In this document: positions 1 to 25,210 of the stretch, in pieces
Layout: every line of letters begins with the position of its first letter
Numbering within the stretch: position 1 is the first letter of the stretch
Assembly (NCBI RefSeq): GCF_009914755.1
Contig: NC_060937.1
Length of the DNA: 64,000 nucleotides
Direction: 5' to 3' (one strand)
DNA from: the human T2T-CHM13v2.0 reference genome, Homo sapiens
The notes under the pieces: generated by a model
Told to the model about the DNA's origin: nothing
The model's input: the letters and a program-made list of their open reading frames with translations, nothing else
Databases searched by the model: none
Program-made: the position numbers and the translations under genes

Positions 1-10925
<10,925 letters not shown>

Positions 10926-11479
10926 ATTTTTCTTATTTTATAGCATCATGTTTGTTCTTCTTTTATAGATCCGCTGTTGTAGATTTCTCTAGAATGCTAA
11001 TTAGCGGTCTTGTTGTACTCTTCTGTACCCTGCATTATATCTGTTTTCTATTTGTTCATCTTGGTTTTTCTCTTTCATGCTGAAGGCTCTGTTGGTGCTT
11101 CTTGCCTATTTGTTCACATTTTTTTAATGAGGAAATGAAATGTTTGATTAGGAGTTCTCTGTGTGGGCAGGATCTGTCACCAACAGACTTTGCTTTGGGT
11201 GAGCAGGTGGGAACCCAGCCATGGTTCTGGGAATCCTGAAATGCCAGCATGTGGAGGACCTAAATTTGGGACACCACACATTCTCACTTCCCTGATTTTC
11301 CCCAGAAAGCTTATTCAGTTTTCTAAAGAGAAAAATACTATGGAATGTCATGTTATGTTTTACATGATCTCACCTAGAGAGAAACAGCTGACTATAGATC
11401 CCCTCTGCACATCACTGTGGTGCCATATTCCATCCCCTCCCCCTTCCATAACAGCCTCCAAATGTTGACCACCTAGGAG

Positions 11480-11670
11480 GCCCAAGAACTATAATAGGTA
11501 CTTGACATAGATCACCTCACAACTACCCAGGAAGGTAAATACTAGTATCCCTATATTCCACAAGGGTAAATTGAGCCTTAGAGAGGTTAAATAAAACATC
11601 CAGGGTCACACAGCCGATGAGAAGTGAAGGGAGAATTTAAACTCGTATCTCTCTAACTCCAAAAGCCATA
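11480..11670 (-). mobile_element. MIR
   Basis: TGAGCCTTAGAGAGGTTAAAT...AGGGTCACACAGC core. Confidence 0.65.
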
Positions 11671-12306
11671 TGAATCCCAGCTACTTGGGAGGCCAAGGCA
11701 GGAGGATGCCTGGGCGCTGCCTCTGCTGTTGACAGAAATGGAGGGAGGCTGCTGAGTGAGTGTCAGAACCCTTCTCTTAAGTTTCTGATGTCATCCAAGG
11801 TCACTCAGCAGGTTAGAACTTTGAGTTCGCAGCCATTTTCCAATTCTGAGGTTGCTTCAAACCTTTCTGCCTTGGAGCTCTTATTTCTGAAAAAATAATG
11901 AATAAAAGAATCATCACAGTTCCCTTTTAGGGTCGGCTAGTGTCAGGTCATACAAGAAAAGGGCTTGGGATGGTTAGTTTTAAAACAAAGTGATCCAGTA
12001 ACTCCCTGATGACTTTTATTGATTCTTACTGTTTGATATAACTTGCCATTTGCTAGCAAGTCTGCTTGCAGAAAGAAATGAAGAAAACATTCCCAACCAG
12101 AAGGTGGAAAGCTTCTCCTTAACACATCAATTTTACAGTTGTGAGAGACAAATATGTTTAATAACACATATATATTATTAAAGATAGGACATTCTCCCCA
12201 CCCCAACACACACCTCTTCAGAAATTATTTTCTGATCTACAGAAGGGGGAGCAATTTGTACTCAGGAAAATAAACTTCTGGTATGCATTTAAAAAGTGTT
12301 TCATGT

Positions 12307-12341
12307 ATTGTTTCTTGGCCTTTTGGTTAAGATCAAGTGTA
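12307..12341 (+). pseudogene. 3'-truncated (tailless) U2 snRNA retropseudogene, nt 1-35
   Basis: ATTGTTTCTTGGCCTTTTGGTTAAGATCAAGTGTA matches the U2 5' end at 31/35 (all differences C>T). TSD AAAAAGTGTTTCATGT (12291-12306) / AAAAAGTGATTCGTGT (12341-12356). Confidence 0.9.
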
Positions 12342-12654
12342 AAAAGTGATTCGTGTATGCATTCTTAAAACAGAAATGATTCCATTAAATAAGGTAAATT
12401 GGGCCGGGTGAGGTGGCTCATGCCTGTAAAACCCTGCACTTTGGGAGGCTGAGGTGGGCAGATCACTTAAGGTCAGGAGTTCGAGACCAGCCTGGCCAAC
12501 ATGGTGAAACACCATCTCTATTAAAAATATAAAAATTAGCTGGGCATGGTGGCAGACACCTGTAATCCCAACTACTCAGGAGGCTCAGGCAGGAGAATCA
12601 CTTGAACCTGGGAGGCAGAGGTTGCAGTGAGCTGAGATCACGCCACTGCACTCC

Positions 12655-13148
12655 AGCCAGCTTCCAAGAGGGTCTCCTATGATCCCCAGCACCTGGAATT
12701 CATGCCCTTGGGTAGTCAGTCCCAGGGCTAACCATGTAACCATTAGGACATTGAGGAAATGATGTGCAGCTTCCAAAACTAGATCATAAACCATATTGTG
12801 GCTTCCACTGTATTTCCATTGGAGTTCTCACTCTGGAGGAAGCAGCTACCATATCGTGGGAGAGACTGAAACGGTCCAATGATGAGATCCAGGAGGTGAG
12901 GAAGCCTCCTCCCAGCAGCTATGTGAGTGAACATCCTGGAAGTGGATACCCCAACCCAGTCAGGTGTTCAAATGACTGCAGACACAGCCACCATTTCACA
13001 GCAGCCTCAACAAAGAGACCCCAGGCTCATACCATCTAGCCAAGAGGCTTTGAATTCTTGACCCACAGAAACTTTGAGATAATACATATTTATTATTCTT
13101 AACTATATTTGGGGGTTATTTGTAACACAGCAGTAGATAATTGATTCA
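12655..13148 (+). mobile_element. MLT1F/G/H-like MaLR LTR
   Basis: GACCCACAGAAACT...GAGATAATA...GTAACACAGCAGTAGATAA 3' end. Confidence 0.7.
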
Positions 13149-13661
13149 GTGACTCACAGTAAACAAGGTGAAAGAGATTCAGATGTGGATTTGAAATAAA
13201 AGGGAGTCCCCGTATTGAGAATTTTTAACCTTTAGAACATATGACAAAGCTCTGTCGATTAGGTAGGGCTGATTTCACTCACTGTTCTCCTCTGTGAATG
13301 TACACATCCCCCTCATCCATACCGCTCTATGCACTAGACTGTAATTATACTATTCCAGGGATTGTCATTGTGCACTATCATTATAAAAATGCTGAGGGTG
13401 GGAGACAAGCTGAGAGCTGGGAGACGGGTCTTCCTACAAAGCAGCCCCAAACACAACTGAAAACAAGGTCAAGACTTCGAATCCAACAGTGAGCATTAGC
13501 CTAGCCATCTTCCAGTTCATACCAGTGGAACGGAAGTTATCAGTCCTGTGTTTCCAAAATGCTTTCCAGCAACAGGACCTCCAGGTGTTGAAACCATGCT
13601 GGGCTGAGTGCCAGCCTTTTGAACTGCAAATTACCCTGGGGTTCTGTGGGAAGCAAACTTG

Positions 13662-13677
13662 GGCGCCCTCTGGTGCC
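13662..13677 (-). promoter_or_regulatory. CTCF-binding motif
   Basis: Minus strand GGCACCAGAGGGCGCC is close to the CCACCAGRKGGCGC core; it lies in non-repeat sequence. Confidence 0.65.
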
Positions 13678-13842
13678 CTTCTGGTGAACTACACCACCCA
13701 AACATTAACAATTATTTTATCAACAGGTTAGTCATCTATGAGTTAAATTACTAAAGTCCCTTTTCTGTACATACACAGTAGATGCAGCAGCTGGGAGTAT
13801 GATTTCCGAAAAGAAAAACCGTACCTACATACTTTTTTTTAG

Positions 13843-14258
<416 letters not shown>

Positions 14259-15239
14259 TGATCCGCCCGCCTCGGCCTCCCAAAGTGCTGGGATTACAGG
14301 CGTGAGCCACTGCGCCCGGCCAATTTTTCATTCTTTACTGCATTTATTTTATCTATACCTTAGCAGGGTGCAACTAATGGGTTATGGTTATTGATTGATT
14401 GTACAAATTTTAATAGAACCCTTACAATTTCATCAGTCTAATTATGGGAAGCCTTAGAGAAGTGGCTGCAAAATTTGTTAAATTTCACTTGAGAGCTAGA
14501 ATACCAATGCTTGACTCAACTCCTGTTTTCATGTTTGCTGGTTTCAGAAGCCCCTGAGGCAAGATTTCGGGTAGGAACTATCAGTTGTTTACCCTCCCCA
14601 CCTAGCACCCACTATTTCATCATCTTCCCTGCCTTTGTCTGTCTTTTGGGTAGGAGAGGGCAGTCACAGGGCAAAGTATTCACAAGAAGATACAAAAGGG
14701 TGGCTGCAGATGCATACATGAAGAACTTTAAATGAAGACAATCTGTGATGATGCACCTGTGTTTTGCACATTACGTACTTAACTGCTGAAAGAATACGTT
14801 CATAGTAAACACATGCTAACCACTCTGGCCATGTCAGAATGCCTACACAATAATAACCGCATCAGACTTAATGTACCAACAGCCCCACTTCCATCCCCAA
14901 CGGAATGCTTGGTATCTTTCTGCAAAGGAAAATTTGGAAGCAAGACTGCCTCTCTTTCCACTTAGCCAGCAGGAATTTCAATAATAAGATGCGGCAGCAT
15001 CCATTGACTTTGTACCACCTGTCTTTTATTGTAAGTGTTCACCCTAACGGTTTTTATTAACGCTTTGGCTTCCGTCGCTAAGCAACGTGCCACGTTGGGG
15101 CTCTTCGCCAGACTACACCTGTACAAATGTCAGCCTCATTCTCCTGGCTCTGAAGGAAACGTGACCGTTCCCCAAACATGCTCTTTATGGTTGCTTCCTC
15201 CTGTTCTTTTTCTCCTTCCCTGAACCGCTCCCAATAGAG

Positions 15240-15377
15240 ACAGGTTGGCGCTTCAGTGCATCTCAGATCCTCTGGCGCCCGGGCGCCCCCTCCCGGCGAC
15301 ACCTCCCGGCTGTGAGCGCGCGGGAAGAGGCCAGAGGCAGGGCCTCTCACCTGCTCGGACTGCAAACCACAAAGCGT

Positions 15378-15417
<40 letters not shown>

Positions 15418-16030
15418 GCGGAGGTGGTCATTTTTATGTTCCCTGGGCAAAGCGAGCAGCCGTTTGGCTTATAAAATAGCAACGACTGCAGTGGCCCACA
15501 CTGTCATCACGAAATGCCGCCTCTTGTCATGGTCCCCGGAAAACAGGGTTGAGGAGGAGGAGGAGGAGGAGGAAATGGATAATGCCGATGAGTTACTTTT
15601 TTTTTTTTTTAATTTGGGTATGTTCGAGTACATTCTGGTCTGAATGGCGGTGGAGGGGAAGGTAGAAAGGAGGCGTCTGCCGAGCAGCATCCGCGCGGAG
15701 CGAGCTGCGGTCCTCGGGACCCCGCAGCAGGAGCCACGAGCCCGCCCCGGCGTCCGAGCCCTGCAGGCGAGGCCAGGCTTGGCGCGGAGGGACCTCAGCG
15801 TCCGGGGAGCGCTCGCTGTCTTTGAGTTCCTGCTGCCAGAGCCGGGCCTCCTCTGCTCTCCGCAGCCTCGCAGGGAGGGCGCAGGGGCGAGTCCTGGGCG
15901 GGCAGGGCAGCCGCGCCCGCCAGAGAGACAAAGGCCAGGGGGTCTCTGGCCGCAGCACTTTCCAGCGCCGCCCGGTCCTCACACAGAAAACTCTTCTAGC
16001 TCTGCGGGTGCGGCTCTAAACGGTAATGTT
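15240..16030. promoter_or_regulatory. Orphan CpG island / promoter-like region
   Basis: Dense non-Alu CpGs. RFX X-box GTCGCTAAGCAAC just upstream (15074-15086), T32 tract, (GAG)n and TATAAAA. Confidence 0.7.
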
Positions 16031-16801
16031 TGCATTTTCTCTAGGGTGATCCGCAGAGGGGGCCAAGCCATAAGTCCCCTCCAAAAGTCTATATGTGTTC
16101 ATCGCATGTTTACCAGAAGATTTGACACTACACCAAAAAGCACACAGACAAACACCTTAGAAGTATCACCGTAAAAACGGTTATCTTTCCAGCCAAAAGT
16201 CTTGAAATGTGTGGCTCCTAGCGGCAAGCAGCAATGGGATAGTCGCCAGGGTCCTTTTACCCTGTTTAGAAGGTTGGGGAGGCTGAAGAACATCGCCTGC
16301 AGGCCTGGTGGGGTGGCTGACGCCTGTAATCCCAACGCTTTGGGAGGCTGTGGCGGCAGATCACTTGAGGTCAGGAGTTCAAGACCAGCCTGGCCAACAT
16401 GGTGAAACCCCCGTCTCTACTAAAAAAAAAAAAAAAAAAAAAGAGGCCGGGTGCGGTGGCTCGCGCCTGTAATCCCAGCACTTTGGGAGGCCGAGACCGG
16501 CAGATCACGAGGTCAAGAGATCGAGACCATCCTGGCCAACATGGTGAAACCCTGTCTCTACTGAATATACACGGCCTCCCAAAGTGCTGGGATTACAGGC
16601 GTGAGCCATGGCGCCCGGCCTTCTTTTTCATTTTTGAGACAGAGTCTCATTCTTTCTCCCAGGCTGGAGTGCAGTGGCATGATCTTGGCTCACTGCAGCC
16701 TCCGCCTTCCAGTTTCAAGCGATTCTCTGCCTGAGTCTCCTGAGTAGCTGCGATTACAGGCGGGTGCCACCGTGCCCTGCTTATATTTTATTTTATTTTT
16801 T

Positions 16802-16852
16802 ATGTTATGTTATGTTATGTTATGTTATGTTATGTTATGTTATGTTATGTTA
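16802..16852 (+). repeat. (ATGTT)n pentanucleotide at an Alu tail
   Basis: Read directly; about 10 units. Confidence 0.95.
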
Positions 16853-17131
16853 TTTTTTGAGATGGAGTTTCTCTCGGTCGCCTAGGCTGGAGTGCAGTGG
16901 CGGGATTCGGCTCACTGCAACTTCCGCCTCCTAGGCTCAAGCAATTCTCCTGCCTCAGCCTCCCGAGTAGCTGGGACTACCGCTACACCACGCCCGGCTA
17001 ATTTCTGTATTTTAGTAGAGAAGGGGTTTCACCATGTTGGCCAGGATGTTCTCGATCTCTTGACCTCGTGATCTGCTGGCCTCAGCCTCCCAAAGTGCTG
17101 GGATTACAGGCGTGAGCCACCGCACCCGGCC

Positions 17132-17166
<35 letters not shown>

Positions 17167-17269
17167 GTAGAGATGGGGGTTTCACCATGTTGGCCAGGCT
17201 GGTCTTGAACTCCTGACCTCAAGTGATCTGCCGCCTCAGCCTCCCAAAGCGTTGGGATTACAGGCATGA

Positions 17270-17551
<282 letters not shown>

Positions 17552-18022
17552 TAGAGATGAGGTTTCACCATGTTGCCTACCAGTTCTGGGATTACAGGTG
17601 TGAGCCACCATGCCTGGTCTTGTTAGGTTTTAAAGCCCATATTGTTTTCTGATCTGATTTTTTGTTTTGTGCTTTATAAAGCAAATATTTATGAAGTATC
17701 CACAATGAAGTACCCACAAAATGTGTTCTTAAAGTGAAAGCTAAAATAGAGCCCTTGTCCCTGCTTTCATGGTCCTTCTGTTCTAATGGATGTCATTCTG
17801 ATGGGGGCTACGGTAACAGCAAGTCAGGGTCTCACCCATCAGAAGGTAATGGTATGTCAGTCGGGAGGCGGGATAGAGTGTCGGGCACTGCTATTTAGAT
17901 GGTTCTTTAGGAAAGCCCTTCCTGATAAGAGAGCAGAGACCCTAAGAAATGAGAGTGTAGGCTGGGCGCAGTGGCTCACATCTGTAATCCCAGCACTTTG
18001 GGAGGCCGAGGCAGGTGGATCA

Positions 18023-18432
<410 letters not shown>

Positions 18433-18435
18433 TCA

Positions 18436-18868
<433 letters not shown>

Positions 18869-19004
18869 TCACATGTCTGTAATCCCAGCTACTCAGGAGG
18901 CCGAGGCAGAAGAATCGCTTGAATCTGGGAGGCAGAGGAATCAGTGAGCCAAGATCACGCCACCGCACTCCAGCCTGGGCGACAGAGGAAGATTCCATCT
19001 CAAA

Positions 19005-19237
19005 AAGAAGGAAAGGAGAGGAGAGGGGAGGGGAGGGGAGGGGAGGGAGGGGAGGGGAGGGGAGGGGAGTGAGGGGAGGGGAGGGGAGGGGAGTGAGGGG
19101 AGGGGAGGGAGGGGAGTGAGGGGAGGGGAGGGGAGGGGAGTGAGGGGAGGGGAGGGAGGGGAGGGAGGGGAGGGGAGGGGAGGGAGGGGAGGGGAGGGAG
19201 GGGAGGGGGGAGGGGAGGGGGGAGGGGAGGGGAGGGT
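19005..19237 (+). repeat. (GGGGA/GGGA)n polypurine tract
   Basis: About 230 nt of G/A interrupted by T at 19070, 19094, 19117 and 19141. Confidence 0.95.
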
Positions 19238-20491
19238 CACTACTGACACTTGTTAAAGTGGAATGGCAGACTTTAGTCGGGGGGCCGTCACCATATATAT
19301 AAGGACTGTTCCCCAGTGGGGGAGAGATTGGGCTCAACTCCAAATCAGCAAGAAAAGGTGGAACGTGCAGCCAGGGGGTGGGGCCCAGGTTTTCTTTTTT
19401 TAAATTTTTTTTGAGACAGAGTCTTACTCTGTCGCCCAGGCTGGAGTGTAGTGGCACGATCTTGGCTCACTGCAACCTCGCCTCCCAGGTTCAAGCAATT
19501 CTCAGCCTCCCAAGTAGCTGGGATTACAGGCGTGCGCCACCACGCCCACCTAATTTTTATGTTTTTAGTAGAGACGAGGTTTCACCATGTTGGCCAGCTT
19601 GGTCTCGAACTCCTGGCCTCAAGTGATCCACCTGTCTCGGCCTCCCAAAGTGCTGGGATTACAGGCATGAGCCACCGCGCCCAGCCCCAGGGCCCAGGCT
19701 TTCTAGGGCCTAAACTGATACCATTTGTGAGGCCCTGGTTAAGGAAATGAATATAAAATAATGAATCCAAAATGAGGTCCGAGAATGAATATTTAAAGGC
19801 GCCCTTAACCTAGGGTCCACAGTCCCCTGTAGCTGGGAGGTGGGTGCGCCTTTGGGCCAGGGCATGTGCACTCCTTTGTGCCAGTCTCTCCCCAGCTGCT
19901 CGGCCTGTCAGCACCTGTTGCTGTTTCAAATTTGCAGCCCTGCAGCCCATCCAGCCTGAGTGTGGCCCGCTGAACTCTGGCCAAAGGCCAAAGTGCCTTT
20001 AAATGAAGGTTGTCCAGCCTTGACTGAGATTAGAGTAGACAGATAGATTAACCCAAATAGTTAATCTGCCAAAAATGTCCATCTTAATTTAAGTTGGAAT
20101 ATTACATGAAAAAAAAGTTGGAATATTACGTGAAAATGTAACATAAAGGCCAGGTGCCATGACTCACGCCTGTAATCCCAGCTCTTTGGGAGGCCGAGTC
20201 AGGAGGATCACTTGAGGTCAGGAGTTCCAGAGCAGCCTGGCCAACATGGTGAAACCCCATGTCTACTAAAAATGCAAAAAACTAGCCGGGCATGGCAGCA
20301 TGTGTCTGTAGTCCCAGGTACTTGAGAGGCTGAGGCAGGAGAATCACTTGAACCCGGGAAGCAGAGATTGAGATTGCGCCACTGCCCTCCAGAAAAAAGA
20401 AAGAAAGAAAGAAAGAAAATGTAACATAAGGTGCTAAGTACATAGAAAGAACAATAGAATCAGAGCTCTTTGGGGGGAGTGATGGATTCTG

Positions 20492-20605
20492 ACAGAGGAA
20501 GAGGAGGAAGAGGGGGAGGAGGAGAGAGGAAGAGGGGGAGGAGGGGGAGGAGGGGGAGGAAGAAAAGTGGGAGAAAGGAGGAGGAGGAGGAAGAGGAGGA
20601 GGAAG
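20492..20605 (+). repeat. GA-rich low-complexity tract
   Basis: GAGGAAGAGGAGG... run. Confidence 0.9.
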
Positions 20606-21159
20606 CTCTCACAAAGGAAGCAGCATTTATCTGGATTGGTAAACATAAGCAGGCTCTGCCAGGTCGAGGATGGCAGAGGGGTCATTGCAGGAGGCAAAAT
20701 GGCACCGGCAGCAAGGGGTTGGGTGCAGAGAAGTGGAGGGTATGTTGGGGCTGCAGGGGTCTCGGAGGGAGAAGCTGGAGAGGTGGGCTGAAGAGTGAAA
20801 GGCTGGGCTGCGGAAGGCAGGCATTTCAGTGAAGCTGCTGGAAACCATCACAGACTAAAATGTTAATGATTAATCATTTGTTACTATATTAACCCACTGC
20901 GAGGGCTAACAGTTTTTCAAAAGGCCCTCTGGAGCCCGGAAGACTTGGCTGAGGGGCAGTCTGTTTTATTTTTTTAATTTTAATTTTTCTAATTATGGAA
21001 AATTTCAATAATAACCTGTGTACCCGTCCTCCTGCTTCAGTATTATCAACCAGAGCCCATTTGGTTTCAACTATCTCACCACTCACTTCTCCCTTGCTAT
21101 ATTATTTTAAAACAAATCTCAAGAGATAATGTTCTCTAAAAGATTAAGACTTCAGAGCA

Positions 21160-21300
21160 GAAGAAATAACTATTGGGTACAAGGCTTAGTACCTGCGTGA
21201 TGAAATAATCTATACAACGAAGCCCTGTGACACGAGTTTACTTATATAACAAAACTGCACGTGGACCCCCAAACCTAAAATAAAAGTAAAAAAAAAGAAA
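21160..21300 (+). mobile_element. L1PA/L1PB 3' terminal fragment
   Basis: GGGTAC..GCTTAGTACCTG.GTGATGAAATAATCT...CCTAAAATAAAAGT followed by an A tail. Confidence 0.75.
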
Positions 21301-21389
21301 CTAAAGGTAAAAAAGACTAGAAAAAATAACCATAATATCATCAATGTCATAAATTTCTTTTTTTATAGTTTGCTTCAATCAGGATCAAA

Positions 21390-21937
21390 TGTCGGAGGTC
21401 TTTGAACCAGAGCAACTCCATCTTGAATAGAGGCTGGGTAAAACAAGGCTAAGTCCTGCTGGGCCTCATTCCCAGGAGGTTAAGGCACTCTGAGTCACAG
21501 GACGAGCTAGGAGGTCAACACAAGATACAGGTCATAAAGACCTTGCTGATAAAACAGCTTGCAGTAAATAAGCCGGCCAAAACCCACCAAAACCAAGATG
21601 GTGATGAGAGTGACCCCTGGTCGTCCTCACTGCTACCCTCCCACCAGTGCCATGACAGTTACTAATGCCATGGCAGCATCAGGCAGTTACCCTATATAGT
21701 CTAAAAAGAGGAGGCATGAATAATCCACCCCTTGTTTAGCATGTCATCAGGAAATAACCATAAAAATGGGCAACCAGCAGCCCTTGGGCCTGCTCTATGG
21801 AGTAGCCATTCCTTATTCCTTTCCTTTCCTAATAAATTTACTTTCACTTTACTCTACAGACTGGCCCTGAATTCTTTCTTCCACAAGATCCACAAACCCT
21901 CTCTTGGAGTCTGGATTGGAACCCCTTTCCGGTAACA
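21390..21937 (+). mobile_element. MER41 (probably MER41A) solo LTR, ERV1
   Basis: TGTCGGAGG...GAACCAGAGCAACTCCATCTTGAATAG start and CCGGTAACA end; 548 bp; 4-bp TSD CAAA; internal AATAAA. Confidence 0.85.
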
Positions 21938-22907
21938 CAAATAAGGTTTATACATTGCGATTGGTTGATCTTTTAAATCTCTTATTAATCTAGAATTTAT
22001 CTGTTTCTTTTTTCTTTTGATTTATTTGTTAAAAAAAACAAAAACAAACTCAAGTTGTTTGTCCTTTAGAATTCCCCAGTCAGGGCTTCAGCAATGGCAT
22101 CACTGTAGTGTCATATAATATGCCCTCTGTCCCTACAGTTGCCATAATTTGGTATACGGATGTCAATCAGCTTTAGGTTTGATCTTTTGACAAGGCCATT
22201 TCATAGTTGGTGGTGTGTTCTTCCATCAGGAAGTATGTAACAGATACTTGGTTGTCTCTCTTTTTGTGATATTAACAATCATTGATACTCAATACCCAGG
22301 TAGGAATGGATACGTAGGGCTGGGCCCTGGTGGCTCATGCCTGTAACCCTAACACTTTGGAAGGTCAGAGTGGGCAGATTGCATGAGCCCAGGAGTTTGA
22401 GACCAGCCTGGGCAACATGATGAAACTCCATCTCTACAAAAAAATTAAAAAATTAGCTGGGCACGGTGAAGCATGCCTGTAGTCCCAGCTACTCAGGAGG
22501 CCGAAGTGAGAGAATTGCTTGAAGGTCAAGGCTACAGTGAGCCATGATTGCACCACTGCACTACAGCCTGGGCAACAAAGCAAGACCCTGTGTCTAAAAA
22601 GAAGAAAAAAAAAAGAATGTACAGTTAATAATGGAATTTCAGGTGTGCAAGCAGGTCAATGGGGGGAGGGCTATTTTGGGGTACAGATAATCAGATGATC
22701 TTGGCACCTTTAAAATAACACTTCACATCATATAAGGTAGACAAGTTCTTCATCTTTTTTCATATACAGTTGGCCCGAGTGAGCTACTGTACCCATCTTT
22801 AGCTTTCTTCTCTGCAGTTCATTAACCCATTTCCTTTTCTCAAAAACCATATATGCTGACCCTTTCCAAACTTTATAAATTATATTCCTTTATTCAACAA
22901 ACATTTA

Positions 22908-23405
<498 letters not shown>

Positions 23406-23408
23406 TCA

Positions 23409-23513
<105 letters not shown>

Positions 23514-23671
23514 TCAAAAAAAGAAAAAAATAAAAAGAAAACTGGGCCTTCTGGTGATTTTTAAAAAGTAGGTTTGGGGCACATTGTGAAGGTTTTGCAA
23601 GTCAGGTCAGGCCAGGTACGGTGGCTCATGCCTGTAATCGCAGCACTTTGGGAGGCCAAGCGGGCGGATCA

Positions 23672-24037
<366 letters not shown>

Positions 24038-24176
24038 TTAGTTGGGTGTGGTGGTGCACACCTGTAATTCCAGCCACTCAGGAGGCTGAGGCATGCTTGA
24101 ACCTTGGAGGCAGAGGTTGCAGTGAGCTGAGATCGCGCCACTGCACTCCAGCCTCGGTGACAGAGCGAGACTGTCA

Positions 24177-24315
24177 GAAAGAAAGAAAGAGAGAGAGAGA
24201 GGAGGGGAGGGGAGGAAGGGGAGGAAGGAAGGGGAGGAAGGAAGGGAGGAAGGAAGGAAGGAAGGAAGGAAGGAAGGAAGGAAGGAAGGAAGGAAGGAGA
24301 AAGGAGAAAGAAAGG
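24177..24315 (+). repeat. (GAAG)n / GA-rich Alu-tail microsatellite
   Basis: Read directly from the sequence. Confidence 0.95.
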
Positions 24316-24842
24316 CCAAAAGTTTGCAAGGTTTTGAAAAGGGAAGTGTGAAAGTATTTGACTGCAAGTTCAGAACTCAAAACTATGTAATGTTCAGGCC
24401 AGTATCAACTAAAGCATAGTGACTCAACATGTGGTCCACTGTGTGGGACAGAGATTGAGAGCACACATTTAGAAACTGGGTGAGGTGGCTCACATCTGTA
24501 ATCCCAGCACCCAGGAGGCAGCAGTCAGCTGAGATCATGCCACTGCACTCCAGCCTGGGCAACAGAGCGAGACTCCATCTCAAAAAAAAAAGAAAGAAGG
24601 AAAGAGGGAAGGAACGAAGGAAGGAAGGGAGCTTTTCAGGCAATATGATAGAATAATTTTGTTTATTGAATCTAAAAATACAATGTAATAACAAAAAAGT
24701 TATTTGGAATTGTATTTTGCATGTTTTTCTTTCCAACTTACATTTATAATAATTCATATTTATTATATTTTATGAAAGTTATCAGTCCAAACAGATTGCA
24801 AATTTAAAGAAAACCAGTCCTGAGACTGGGTGCGGTGGCTCA

Positions 24843-25210
<368 letters not shown>

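Noticed and set aside
15078-16174. Overlapping 130-176 aa ORFs in the orphan CpG island
   Set aside because: Stop-poor GC-rich DNA and homopolymers; several use non-ATG starts; no recognisable domain.
19291-19304. CCATATATATAAGG as an SRF CArG box
   Set aside because: It has 10 A/T between CC and GG rather than 6.
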